Positions 29,159 through 40,181 of a stretch of 64,000 nt of DNA are shown here, one piece after another; positions within the stretch are counted from its first letter, which is position 1, and every line of letters begins with the position of its first letter. The notes beneath the pieces are model-generated. The model worked only from the letters and a program-made list of their open reading frames with translations. It had not been told where the DNA came from and did not search any database. A program made the translations under genes and the position numbers. The DNA is from Solirubrobacterales bacterium (GTDB taxonomy: Bacteria > Actinomycetota > Thermoleophilia > Solirubrobacterales > JBBDJG01), in the NCBI GenBank assembly GCA_038330145.1, contig JBBQNR010000006.1, positions 2,773 to 66,772 on the forward strand, in the 5' to 3' direction.

Positions 29159-30511
29159 GTGACGATCGCACGCGGCGCGGCCATAGGCTCGCTTCTTGCT
29201 GCGATCGTGGCTGTCGGGATCCTGATGTTCGGGGCCGGCGGCCGTACGACTTACCACGTCCGCCTCCAGAACGCGAACCAGCTCGTAAACGGAAATCAGG
29301 TGCAGGTCGCCGGCAAGAAGGTCGGCAACATCACCAACATCGCGCTGTCGGACAACAACCAGGCCGACATCACGATCGAGGTCGAGGACGCCTTTGCCCC
29401 GCTGCACAAGGGCACGACCGCCATAGTCCGCGTCATCTCCCTTCCGAGCATCGCGAACCGCAACATCTCGCTTCATCCGGGGCCCAACAATGCTCCGGAG
29501 ATCAAGGAGGGAGGCTGGCTCCAGGCCGACGAGACGACCACGGCCGTCGACCTCGACCAGCTCTTCAACACCTTCGACAGCAAGACCCGCCGCTCGCTCC
29601 AGAACGTGCTGGCCGGCTTCTCGGCCTGGTACGTCGGCAAGGGCGGCGAGTTGAACGACACTCTTAAGTACTTCGGAGACGCGCTCGGATCGACCTCCCA
29701 GGTGATGCAGGAGCTGGCAGCCGACCAGGAGGTCTTCAACAGGTTCATCGTCGACGCATCTCGCACGGTCACCGCGCTCGCCGCCCGCAGCTCCGACGTG
29801 ACCGGCTTCGTCACCAACACCAACCAGGTCGTGAAGGCGATCGGCGACGAGAACGTCCAGCTCGCGCGGGCGCTCAAGTTCCTGCCCACGACCCTGCGCA
29901 AGGCCAACACCACCTTCGTCCGGCTGCGGGGTGCGTTCGACGAGCTCGACAAGCTCACCAACGTCACCAAGCCGATCGTGCCCAGGCTTCAGCCGTTCTT
30001 CGCCCGGCTCGACAAGCTGATCAGGCGGGGAACGCCGACGTTCCGGGACTTCGGCCGGCTGCTGCGCCAGCAGGGCAAGACCAACGACCTGACCGACATG
30101 CTGAGGGACCTGCCCACACTGGCAAAGGTTGCGTCCAGCAACTCGAAGAACTCGGTCAAGGCTCTGCAAAAGTCGCAAAAGGTGATCGAGTTCCTGCGGC
30201 CATATGCACCCGATTTCACCGCCTGGATCTCCAAGTTCGCCGAGGCGACCGCGTACTACGACGCCAACGGTCACTACGCCCGGGTGCAGCCGATCTTCGA
30301 CGCCTTCCGCTTCGATGACACAGGTGGTGACGGAACGCTTACCCCGCTCACTCCGGCCGAGCGCAGCGATGCCTTCAAGAACCGCCGCGCCGAGCGCCGC
30401 TGCCCGGGTGGGGCGCAGCAGCCGGCGCCTGACGGCTCCAACCCGTTCACCGACGACGGCAGGCTGACTGCCGCCGACTGCGACCCGGCCGCGAGGCCGC
30501 CCGGACCATGA
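29159..30511 (+). CDS. MCE/MlaD family protein 1
   Basis: N-terminal TM, NANQLVNGNQVQVAGKKVG, VDLDQLFNTFD, helical region. Confidence 0.9.
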   Translation: MTIARGAAIGSLLAAIVAVGILMFGAGGRTTYHVRLQNANQLVNGNQVQVAGKKVGNITNIALSDNNQADITIEVEDAFAPLHKGTTAIVRVISLPSIANRNISLHPGPNNAPEIKEGGWLQADETTTAVDLDQLFNTFDSKTRRSLQNVLAGFSAWYVGKGGELNDTLKYFGDALGSTSQVMQELAADQEVFNRFIVDASRTVTALAARSSDVTGFVTNTNQVVKAIGDENVQLARALKFLPTTLRKANTTFVRLRGAFDELDKLTNVTKPIVPRLQPFFARLDKLIRRGTPTFRDFGRLLRQQGKTNDLTDMLRDLPTLAKVASSNSKNSVKALQKSQKVIEFLRPYAPDFTAWISKFAEATAYYDANGHYARVQPIFDAFRFDDTGGDGTLTPLTPAERSDAFKNRRAERRCPGGAQQPAPDGSNPFTDDGRLTAADCDPAARPPGP

Positions 30512-32040
30512 GACGCGTCGTGACAGTCCTGCTGCTGCTGCTGGTCGTCCCGGCCGTGGTCGTGCTCTCCGCGGGAGCGGGCAACGACAACAACGGTGCT
30601 TACAAGGTGCGCGCCATCTTCGACAACGCGTCCTTCCTGATCAAGGGCCAGGACGTGAAGGTGGCGGGCGCGAAGGTCGGTGTCGTCGACTCGCTCGACG
30701 TAACGGCCGACCACAAGGCCGCGATCATCCTCGACATCCAGCGCAATGGATTCAAGGACTTCCGCAAGGACGCGAAGTGCGAGGTACGCCTGCAGTCGGT
30801 GATCGGCGAGAAGCTTGTCGAGTGCTCCCCGACGCAGCCGCGCGAGCCGGGGCAACCGGAGGCGGCGCCGCTGGACAAGATCCGCGACGGCGAGCCCGGC
30901 GCCGGCCAGTACCTGCTTCCGGTCGAGAACACGGTCACGCCTGTCGACGCCGACCTGATCAACAACATCCAGCGCCGTCCCTATCGCGAGCGCCTCTCGA
31001 TCCTCCTGAACGAGTTCGGCACCGGCCTCGCGGCGCGGGGCCAGGACCTCAAGGAGGTGATCCGTCGCGGCAACCCGGCACTGAAGGAGTTCGACGACTT
31101 CGTGCGCATCCTCGCCGGCCAGAACCGGATGCTGAAGCAACTGACCGCCGACGCCGACCGCATCTTCAAGTCCTGGGCAGCCAACCGCAAGGGAACTGCG
31201 CAGTTCTTCGTCCAGTCGCGCATTCCGGCGCAGGTGACGGCGGAGAACCGTAAGGACTTCGAGCGCAATCTTCAAAAGTTCCCGCCCTTCCTGCGCGAGC
31301 TGCGGCCGTTCATGCAGCGCTTTGCCGCGCTCTCGCAGGCGATGGAGCCGGTGGTCTCGGACCTGCGCGCCTCGGGGCCCGACGTCAGCCGCCTGATGAA
31401 GGCGCTGGGCCCGTTCTCCACCAATTCCACGGCGGCACTTCAGAGTCTCGGCAACGCCGCGGACATCGGGCGGCCCGCGCTCGTGGGCGCCAAGCCGCTT
31501 GCGGACCAGCTCTCCCGGCTTACCGCTCGCGCACGCCCCGTGATCAGGAACCTGCGCCTGCTGCTGACCGACCTCGACGCCCACCAGGGGATCGAGCGCT
31601 TCCTGGACGTGCTCTTCTACCAGACGCTCAGCTTCAACGGATTCGACGAGGTCGGGCACTACCTACGCAACAACCTGATCGTCACGATCTGCTCCGGCTA
31701 CTCGATCACTCCCACGATCGGCTGTTCGGCGAACTTCCAGACGGCGGGCAGCTCGAGCGCAAGCTCGGCCGCCACCTCGAACGCGTCCGCCTCAACCGTC
31801 GCGCGCAGGCTCGCCAGGATGATCTCGGGCGGCGACGTCTCCGGCAGGAGCAAGAGCAAGCAGAAGAGCTCCAGCTCCACCGGCAGCGAATCGGCCGGTG
31901 GCGCCCCTGGCACTGCGGCTCACGAGCCCCGGCCGCAGGCACAGTCGCCCAGCCAGCCGGCGCCCCAGCGGTCACCGGGAATCAAGCAGCAGAACCCGGG
32001 CGACCCGATGCTGGACTACCTGCTCGGAGGTGACCAGTGA
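30508..32040 (+). CDS. MCE/MlaD family protein 2
   Basis: FDNASFLIKGQDVKVAGAKVG, SVIGEKLVE; ATGA overlap. Confidence 0.9.
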   Translation: MRRVVTVLLLLLVVPAVVVLSAGAGNDNNGAYKVRAIFDNASFLIKGQDVKVAGAKVGVVDSLDVTADHKAAIILDIQRNGFKDFRKDAKCEVRLQSVIGEKLVECSPTQPREPGQPEAAPLDKIRDGEPGAGQYLLPVENTVTPVDADLINNIQRRPYRERLSILLNEFGTGLAARGQDLKEVIRRGNPALKEFDDFVRILAGQNRMLKQLTADADRIFKSWAANRKGTAQFFVQSRIPAQVTAENRKDFERNLQKFPPFLRELRPFMQRFAALSQAMEPVVSDLRASGPDVSRLMKALGPFSTNSTAALQSLGNAADIGRPALVGAKPLADQLSRLTARARPVIRNLRLLLTDLDAHQGIERFLDVLFYQTLSFNGFDEVGHYLRNNLIVTICSGYSITPTIGCSANFQTAGSSSASSAATSNASASTVARRLARMISGGDVSGRSKSKQKSSSSTGSESAGGAPGTAAHEPRPQAQSPSQPAPQRSPGIKQQNPGDPMLDYLLGGDQ

Positions 32041-33488
32041 GCCGCCGACGCACCGGCGCCACCGCGATCGCCTCCAACCCCGTGCTGGTCGGCGTTGCGA
32101 CGACGCTCGTGATCGTGGTCGCGGTCTTCCTGGCCTACAACGCCAACCAGGGACTTCCGTGGGTTCCTTCGTACAGGCTGACCGCCGAGGTGCCCACCGC
32201 CGCCAACCTGGTGCGCAGCAACGAGGCGCGCATCGGGGGGCTGCGTGTCGGGGTGATCGACAAGATCACGCCGGTGCAGAAGGAGGACGGCTCGTACGCG
32301 TCGATCCTCGACCTCAAGCTCGAGACCAGGGTGCGACCGCTGCCGGTCGACTCCAAGATCATCATCCGGCCCCGGTCTGCCCTCGGCTTGAAGTACATCC
32401 AGATCACCAGGGGCACGTCGTCGAAGGGATTCGCCGACGGCGACCGCATACCGGTCACCAGCTACGCCAAGACGCAGCCTGTTGACATCGATCAGTTCTA
32501 CAGCATGTTCGACACCAAGACCCAGCGGGCGATCCAGGTCAACGAGGGCGGTTACGGCAGTGCCTTCGCGGGTCGCGGCGAGAGCATCAACCGCGCCATC
32601 GAGGCGCTGGTTCCGCTGGCCATCAACGCCGAGGCCGTGTTCAAGAACATCACCGGCATCGACGCCGACCTGAAGGACTTCTTCAAGGAGCAGGGGGACG
32701 CAGCGCGCATCGTGGCGCCGGTCGCGGACATCCAGGGCGAGCTGTTCACGAACCTCGCCACCACCTTCACGGCGTTCGCGGAGGTGTCGCGGCCCTACAT
32801 CGAGCAGTCCATCCGCCTCGGGCCCAGCGGCCTCGATACCGCCACCGAGGTGTTCCCGCGCCTGCACGCCTTCCTCGAGAACACGGATCAGTTCTTCACC
32901 GAGCTGCAGCCCGGCACTAAGGCGCTGCGCGCTTCGCACAGGGACCTCGCCGATGGCTTCGTGACGGGCGTCAGCGCGACGCGGCGCTCGGTCAGCCTCA
33001 ACAACGAGCTGACCGGCTTCCTGCGAGCGCTCCAGCGCTTCTCGAATGACCCGGTGGTCCCGATCGGGATTCGCGACCTGATCGACACCGTCGACGCACT
33101 CGACCCGACGTTGCAATACCTGACGCCGGCCCAGACCGTCTGCAACTACATCGGCCTCTTCATGCGCAACGCCAGTTTCCTGGCCTCGGAGGGCGACGCC
33201 AACGGCACCTGGTGGCGGTTCATCCCGATCATCACGCCGCAGGGCCCGAACAACGAGACCGGCCCCGCGTCCGCTCCCGCCAACGGCGGTGGGCCGGACA
33301 TCACCAACTCGTCGCGCAACTACCTGCACGTGAACCAATACCCGAACACCGCAGGGCCGGGCCAGACGCGTGAATGCGAGGGCGGCAAGGAGACCTACGC
33401 GAAGGGCCGCCAGTCGATCGGCAACATCCCCGGCGCACAGGGGACGAGCACGGACGAGCAGAAGCCCGAGAAGGCGGTGAAGCAGTGA
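32037..33488 (+). CDS. MCE/MlaD family protein 3
   Basis: AANLVRSNEARIGGLRVG, SALGLKYIQITRG. Confidence 0.9.
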   Translation: MSRRRTGATAIASNPVLVGVATTLVIVVAVFLAYNANQGLPWVPSYRLTAEVPTAANLVRSNEARIGGLRVGVIDKITPVQKEDGSYASILDLKLETRVRPLPVDSKIIIRPRSALGLKYIQITRGTSSKGFADGDRIPVTSYAKTQPVDIDQFYSMFDTKTQRAIQVNEGGYGSAFAGRGESINRAIEALVPLAINAEAVFKNITGIDADLKDFFKEQGDAARIVAPVADIQGELFTNLATTFTAFAEVSRPYIEQSIRLGPSGLDTATEVFPRLHAFLENTDQFFTELQPGTKALRASHRDLADGFVTGVSATRRSVSLNNELTGFLRALQRFSNDPVVPIGIRDLIDTVDALDPTLQYLTPAQTVCNYIGLFMRNASFLASEGDANGTWWRFIPIITPQGPNNETGPASAPANGGGPDITNSSRNYLHVNQYPNTAGPGQTRECEGGKETYAKGRQSIGNIPGAQGTSTDEQKPEKAVKQ

Positions 33489-34993
33489 CGGCGGCGGGAG
33501 GCAGACCGAGGGTGATCAAGAGTCCGCAACGACTTCAGCACCGCGTTTCACCGCTGCGTGCGGGCCTGATCGCGGTCTTCCTGATCATGATCGCCACCTT
33601 CCTGGCCTTCAGCAAGTCGCTGCCATGGAAGCAGCCGTTCGAGTTCAAGGGCGTCTTCGAGTCGGCCGCCAACATCCGCCTCGACTCGCCGGTGCGGGTC
33701 GCGGGCGTCGAGGTCGGCACGGTCACCGGCGTCGAGCACTTGGACGACTCCAACCTCGCCGTGGTCACGATGGAGGTCAAGGACGAGGGCCTGCCGATCC
33801 ACGAGGACGCCACGCTGAAGATCCGGCCGCGGCTTTTCCTCGAGGGCAACTTCTTCGTCGACGTGAGCCCCGGCACGCCGGCCAGGCCGACGATCGACGA
33901 CGGCGACACGATTCCCGTCACCCAGACGGCCTATCCGGTGCAGCTCGACAACATCCTGACCTCGCTGCAGAAGGACACGCGCAGGGACCTCCAGAAGCTG
34001 CTGGAAGGGTTCGGCGACGGTCTCGTGCGCAAGCCGTCCGCACAGGACGACATCACGCAGGACCCGGCCGTGCAGGGCGAATCCGCCGGGCAGGCGCTCA
34101 ACGACTCGCTGACCTATGCCCCGGGCACGGTCAAGGGAGCGGCACGGGTCAACGAGGCCTTCCTCGGCACCGAGCGCGGCGACCTGCGCAAGTTGATCGC
34201 GGGCCTTCAAAAGACGCTCGGCGGCCTCGGCCGCAACGAGGAGCAGCTCAAGGACCTGTTCACCAACTTCAACATCACGATGGCGGCGATCGCCTCTGAG
34301 CAGGACAATCTCGCAAAGGCGATACGGCTGCTCGGGCCGACGCTCGAGCAGGCGGACTCCTACTTCGGCCACTTCGCCGACGCGCTGCCATCGACGCGAG
34401 AGTTCGTGCGCAGGTTCATACCGGTCGTCCAGGAGACGCCGGCCACGATCACCGCGGCGGGTCCGTGGCTGACGCAGTTCACGGCGCTTGTGTCGAGGCC
34501 GGAGCTGGGCGGCCTGCTGAAGGACCTGAGGCCGATGACCGCCAGCTTTGCCCGCGTGGTCAACAGGTCGATCGCCTTCAACAGGCAGACGAACAACTTC
34601 AGCCGCTGCTTCAGCAACGTCATCCTGCCGGCGGGCGACGCCGTGCTCCAGGACGGCGCCGCCACCACCGGCGCTCAGACCTTCAAGGAGTTCTGGTACC
34701 TCGTGACCGGCTTCACCGGTGAGGGCCAGGATTTCGACGGCAACGGCCAGTACACGCGCGTCCAGACCGGTGGCGGGGCCAACATCGTCAAGAGCGGGAA
34801 GCTCCCCGGCCGTACCGCCGTCGACGCTCAACTGTTCGGCAACGCGATCGTTCCGCCGCTCGGTACGCGCCCGGCGCGCCCGAAGAAGAAGCCTCCCTAC
34901 AAGCCGAACTCCGCCTGCTACAAGCAGAAGCCGCCGGACCTCAACGGCCCGGCCGCGGCGGCAGGACCCCCGGACGCGAGGGTCGGCCCGTGA
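33485..34993 (+). CDS. MCE/MlaD family protein 4
   Basis: AANIRLDSPVRVAGVEVG, RLFLEGNFFVDVSPG; GTGA overlap start. Confidence 0.9.
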   Translation: MTAAGGRPRVIKSPQRLQHRVSPLRAGLIAVFLIMIATFLAFSKSLPWKQPFEFKGVFESAANIRLDSPVRVAGVEVGTVTGVEHLDDSNLAVVTMEVKDEGLPIHEDATLKIRPRLFLEGNFFVDVSPGTPARPTIDDGDTIPVTQTAYPVQLDNILTSLQKDTRRDLQKLLEGFGDGLVRKPSAQDDITQDPAVQGESAGQALNDSLTYAPGTVKGAARVNEAFLGTERGDLRKLIAGLQKTLGGLGRNEEQLKDLFTNFNITMAAIASEQDNLAKAIRLLGPTLEQADSYFGHFADALPSTREFVRRFIPVVQETPATITAAGPWLTQFTALVSRPELGGLLKDLRPMTASFARVVNRSIAFNRQTNNFSRCFSNVILPAGDAVLQDGAATTGAQTFKEFWYLVTGFTGEGQDFDGNGQYTRVQTGGGANIVKSGKLPGRTAVDAQLFGNAIVPPLGTRPARPKKKPPYKPNSACYKQKPPDLNGPAAAAGPPDARVGP

Positions 34994-36303
34994 CCAGGGC
35001 GATCCAAAAGCACCTGCGCGACTTCATCGCGATCCTGGTGCTGATGGTGCTGGCGTTCGCGGTCGGCGGCTACATCCTCTCCAACCAGCGCTTCTATTTG
35101 CCCGGTTGGGTGCCCGTGCTCGGCAGCGACTTTTTCGAGCTCAAGGGCGAGTTCTCGACGGCACAGTCGGTCATGCCGGGCCAGGGCCAGACGGTCGACA
35201 TTGCCGGCGTGGCTGTCGGTGACGTCAAGAAGGTTCAGCTCGACAACGGCCGAGCCGTGATCACGATGACGGTCAAGCCGAAGTACGCGGACATGATCAA
35301 GAAGGACGCGTCCATGCTCCTGCGCCCGAAGACGGGCCTCAACGACATGATCATCGAGCTGGACCCGGGCTCGGCCTCGGCCGAGAAGGTCACGGACGGC
35401 TACACGCTCCCGATCCGTTCGACGCTCCCGAATGTCAACCTCGAGGAGTTCTGGGCCGCGCTCGACAAGGACACGCGTGACTATCTGCTGCTGCTGCTGA
35501 ACGGCGCCGGCCAGGGCCTCTCGGGCCAGGGGCGCAACCTCTCGGCGGTACTGAAGCGCTTCGAGCCCACCAACCGCGACATCGAGAAGATCACGAGCCA
35601 GGTCGCCCTGAGAAGGAAGAACCTTGCCAATCTGATCCACAACTTCCAGCTGCTCGCCACCGAGCTCGGCAAGCACGACACCGAGCTGGCCGAGTGGGTC
35701 GACTCCACCTCGGCTGTCTTCGGGTCGTTCGCAAGCCAGGACAGGAGTCTGCGCGAGACGATCCGGCTGCTGCCCGATGCGCTGCAGTCGACCAACCGTG
35801 CCCTCACGTCCGCCGACAACGTCGCCCGGGATCTTGGTCCGGCCACGCGGTCGTTGCTTCCTGGCGTGAAGGCGTTCCCGGACTCGATGCGCAAGTCACG
35901 CACCTTCTTCCGCAAGACCACCGGGCCGGTTAGGGATCAAATTCGGCCGTTCGCGCGTGACGTGCAGCCAACCGTGAAGGCGCTGCGCCCGGCCAACCGC
36001 GACCTGGCGGCGGTGACGCCCGACCTCGAGAAGAGCTTCGGCGTCTTCAACAAGTTCGTCAACGGCTGGGCCTACAACCCGCCCGGCCAGGCCGAGGGCT
36101 TCCTCTTCTACACGATCTGGGGCGTGCACATCGCGGCCTCGGCCTTCACGGCACAGGACGCGCACGGCCCGGTGCGTCGCGGGCTGATCCTGACCACCTG
36201 CCGCAGCCTCGGCATCCTCCAGAGCGTGCGAAAGGCCGATCGCCAGCTGTCGACGATCATCGACCTCCTGAACCCACCGACACAAGAGCAGGCCTGCCCG
36301 TAG
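34990..36303 (+). CDS. MCE/MlaD family protein 5
   Basis: GQTVDIAGVAVG, LRPKTGLNDMIIELDPG. Confidence 0.9.
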   Translation: MTRAIQKHLRDFIAILVLMVLAFAVGGYILSNQRFYLPGWVPVLGSDFFELKGEFSTAQSVMPGQGQTVDIAGVAVGDVKKVQLDNGRAVITMTVKPKYADMIKKDASMLLRPKTGLNDMIIELDPGSASAEKVTDGYTLPIRSTLPNVNLEEFWAALDKDTRDYLLLLLNGAGQGLSGQGRNLSAVLKRFEPTNRDIEKITSQVALRRKNLANLIHNFQLLATELGKHDTELAEWVDSTSAVFGSFASQDRSLRETIRLLPDALQSTNRALTSADNVARDLGPATRSLLPGVKAFPDSMRKSRTFFRKTTGPVRDQIRPFARDVQPTVKALRPANRDLAAVTPDLEKSFGVFNKFVNGWAYNPPGQAEGFLFYTIWGVHIAASAFTAQDAHGPVRRGLILTTCRSLGILQSVRKADRQLSTIIDLLNPPTQEQACP

Positions 36304-36306
36304 CCC

Positions 36307-37788
36307 ATGCAGAAGCAAGCACCGACACTCGGCCGAATCCTGATCATGACGACGTTCACGCTGTCGTGCTTCGGCCTGCTGCTGTTCCTCTGGTCGGCGT
36401 TCGGTGGCCCTGTGCCATTGAAGCCTCGCGGCTACCAGTTCACCGCTTCCTTCGACGAGGCCACGCAGCTGGCCCAGGAGGCCGACGTGCGGATCTCCGG
36501 CGTCCCCGTCGGCAAGGTGAAGAAGATCGAGCTTGGCGACGACGGTCTCACGCAGGCGACGATTCAGATGGACGAGAAGTACGCGCCGGTCGCCTCGGAC
36601 GCTCGCGGCATCCTGCGCCAGAAGACGTTGCTCGGCGAGACGTACATCGAGATTACCCCCGGCACGAAGGGAGCACAGCCGCTGGCGGAGGACGGTCACC
36701 TGGAGACGAAGAACATCGCCTCCACGGTCGAGCTGGATGAGATCTTCCGCTCGTTCGACAAGAAGACGCGCACGGCGTTCCAGGTCTGGCAGCAAGAGGT
36801 GGCTCAGGGGATCACGAGCAACTCCGCCAACTTCTCCGACGCGCTCGGTTACCTGGAGCCCTTCGCGGTCGATACCAACGAGGTTCTGAAGGTGTTGAAC
36901 TCTCAGAGCCGCGCCACGAGACTGCTGATCAAGAACACCGGCGCCTTCTTCAAGGCGCTGACGGCGGGCGATCAGGCGCTCGCCGATCTGATCGTCAACT
37001 CGAACAACGTCTTCAGCACGACCGCTCAGCGAGACCGCCAGATCAGCGAGACGTTCATCGCCCTGCCGACCTTCATCCAGGAGTCGAAGAAGACCCTGAG
37101 GCGGTTCGAGTCCTACGCGGCGAACACCAACCCGCTGATCACCGACCTGCACCCGTGGGCGCGGCAGGCGAGCACGACCCTGCGTAGCCTCCAGGACCTG
37201 GCTCCCGAGTTCAACTACTTCATGCAGGCGCTCGGACCGGCGGTCACGGCCTCCAAGGCCGGCTTCCCGGCCGGCACCAGGTTCCTCGACGACCTGCGGC
37301 CGCTGCTCGGCCAGCTCGATCCGTTCCTGCGCAACTTCAACCCGTTCCTGCGCTGGCTGGGCCTCTACAGGCAGGAGTTCAGCGCTTTCTTCGCCAACAT
37401 CACGGCGTCGCTGGGCTACAACGACAAGCCGGGCGACGACGTGCGGGCGCTGCGCCTTAGCGTGCCTGTCAACCCCGAGACGCTGGCCAGCTATCCGCGC
37501 CGGATCGGGCCCAACCGTGCCAACGCCTACTTCGCGCCGGGCGCTTATCGCAAGCTGCCGAGCGGGCTCGAGATGTTCGACTCGCGCAACTGCGCCAACG
37601 GCGGATACCCGGACCTGGCGCCGGCCTCGCCGACCTTCTCGGAGGACCTGCGAAACCGCATCATCGAGTTCTTCTACCAGGGCACCGACGGCCAGGCTTC
37701 CCCCTGCAAGCAGCAGGCGCCGATCACCTCCGGCGGCGAGACGACGCAGTACCCGCACGTGCGCGAAGACGCGCGCCCGGCCCCGTAG
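36307..37788 (+). CDS. MCE/MlaD family protein 6
   Basis: EADVRISGVPVG, QKTLLGETYIEITPG, VELDEIF. Confidence 0.9.
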   Translation: MQKQAPTLGRILIMTTFTLSCFGLLLFLWSAFGGPVPLKPRGYQFTASFDEATQLAQEADVRISGVPVGKVKKIELGDDGLTQATIQMDEKYAPVASDARGILRQKTLLGETYIEITPGTKGAQPLAEDGHLETKNIASTVELDEIFRSFDKKTRTAFQVWQQEVAQGITSNSANFSDALGYLEPFAVDTNEVLKVLNSQSRATRLLIKNTGAFFKALTAGDQALADLIVNSNNVFSTTAQRDRQISETFIALPTFIQESKKTLRRFESYAANTNPLITDLHPWARQASTTLRSLQDLAPEFNYFMQALGPAVTASKAGFPAGTRFLDDLRPLLGQLDPFLRNFNPFLRWLGLYRQEFSAFFANITASLGYNDKPGDDVRALRLSVPVNPETLASYPRRIGPNRANAYFAPGAYRKLPSGLEMFDSRNCANGGYPDLAPASPTFSEDLRNRIIEFFYQGTDGQASPCKQQAPITSGGETTQYPHVREDARPAP

Positions 37789-37848
37789 CGCACCGCGCCC
37801 GTAGCGCGAGTCATCCTTTCCTAGTACGCTCGGTGGCCGGGATCAAGG

Positions 37849-39009
37849 ATGACCCAGCAGGTGGAGACGCAGACCAAGGAGGCCAGGAAGGCCGCGCGCG
37901 GGACGGCGGGAGAGCTGCTGCCGCCGGCCGCTGCGGAAGAGGAGCGGGCTCGCCTGGCAATCGGGCGGCTCGGAGGCCTGCTGTTCTGCGCCGGCGCGGC
38001 AATCGCGCTGCCGAGCCTGATTACGCTCGACCCGGCGCCACCGGACTGGCTGTTCGTGATGGTGGCCTTGGCCGTGACCGCGGGGCTCGCCTGCCTTTGG
38101 ACCGAGTGGGACCTGCTGCCGGCCGCCTGGCTGCACGCGATCCCGCTCACCGGCACGTTCATGGTGACGGCCGTGATCGCGGGCACCCATGCCAGAGGGG
38201 GCCTGTATGCGTGGCTGTACATCCTGGTGCTGGTATTCGTTGCCTATTGCTTCCAGAGCCGCATGGTCGTGGCGGCCTATCTGCTGCTGATCTCGGCAGG
38301 CTGCGCCGCGCCGCTCCTGGACCCACAGGTCAGCAGCAGCGAGACGCTTCGCTTGCTGCTGGTGTGCGTGCCCAGCCTGGTGCTGGCGACCACGGTCATC
38401 ATGCATCTTCGCGAGCGGCTGGAGGCCGGGCGCGACGCCTTTGAGGAGCTTGCGCGCCGGGATCCGCTGACCGGGGTCGGCAATTACCGCAGGCTCCACG
38501 AGCGCCTCGACTACGAGATCGCACGGCACGAGCGGCACCGGCGCAGCTTTGCAGTGATGCTGCTGGACATGAACCGCTTCAAGGACGTCAACGAGGAGCA
38601 CGGGCACCTGGAGGGAGATCGCGTGCTGCGCGAGGTTGGCCAAGCGCTTGCCGCTACCGTGCGCGACCAGGACACCGTCGCCCGCCAGGGAGGCGACGAA
38701 TTCTCCGTGCTGGCTCCCGAGACCAGCACGGTGGAGGTGATGGCACTGGCCAGCCGGCTCCAGCGGGGCCTATCCCTGATCAGGATCGGCGACCGCACGC
38801 TCAGTGCCAGCATGGGCTGGGCGATCTACCCGCAGGACGGGGAGACGGCGCAGGAACTGCTGGCGTGCGCCGACGATGCGCTGATGGCGGGCAAGTCGCG
38901 CTGGCTTCCCCAGCAATCGCGCGACTTCTGGCCCGAGCACGTGCGCCGCCTGAGCGACGCTCCGGCGACCGTCAGGCCCAGCACCGGGGAGGCAAGCGCG
39001 GCTTCCTGA
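37849..39009 (+). CDS. Membrane-bound diguanylate cyclase (GGDEF)
   Basis: Several TM helices, DPLTG, DMNRFKDVN, RxxD I-site (RDQD), RQGGDEF. Confidence 0.9.
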   Translation: MTQQVETQTKEARKAARGTAGELLPPAAAEEERARLAIGRLGGLLFCAGAAIALPSLITLDPAPPDWLFVMVALAVTAGLACLWTEWDLLPAAWLHAIPLTGTFMVTAVIAGTHARGGLYAWLYILVLVFVAYCFQSRMVVAAYLLLISAGCAAPLLDPQVSSSETLRLLLVCVPSLVLATTVIMHLRERLEAGRDAFEELARRDPLTGVGNYRRLHERLDYEIARHERHRRSFAVMLLDMNRFKDVNEEHGHLEGDRVLREVGQALAATVRDQDTVARQGGDEFSVLAPETSTVEVMALASRLQRGLSLIRIGDRTLSASMGWAIYPQDGETAQELLACADDALMAGKSRWLPQQSRDFWPEHVRRLSDAPATVRPSTGEASAAS

Positions 39010-39082
39010 TCGGGGCTGGCGATTGCCGGCGGCTGCTGCTCGCAACGGCCGCCACGTTCATGGAGGTCCGGACGGCGGATAG

Positions 39083-40171
<1,089 letters not shown>

Positions 40172-40181
40172 GTCGTACGTC

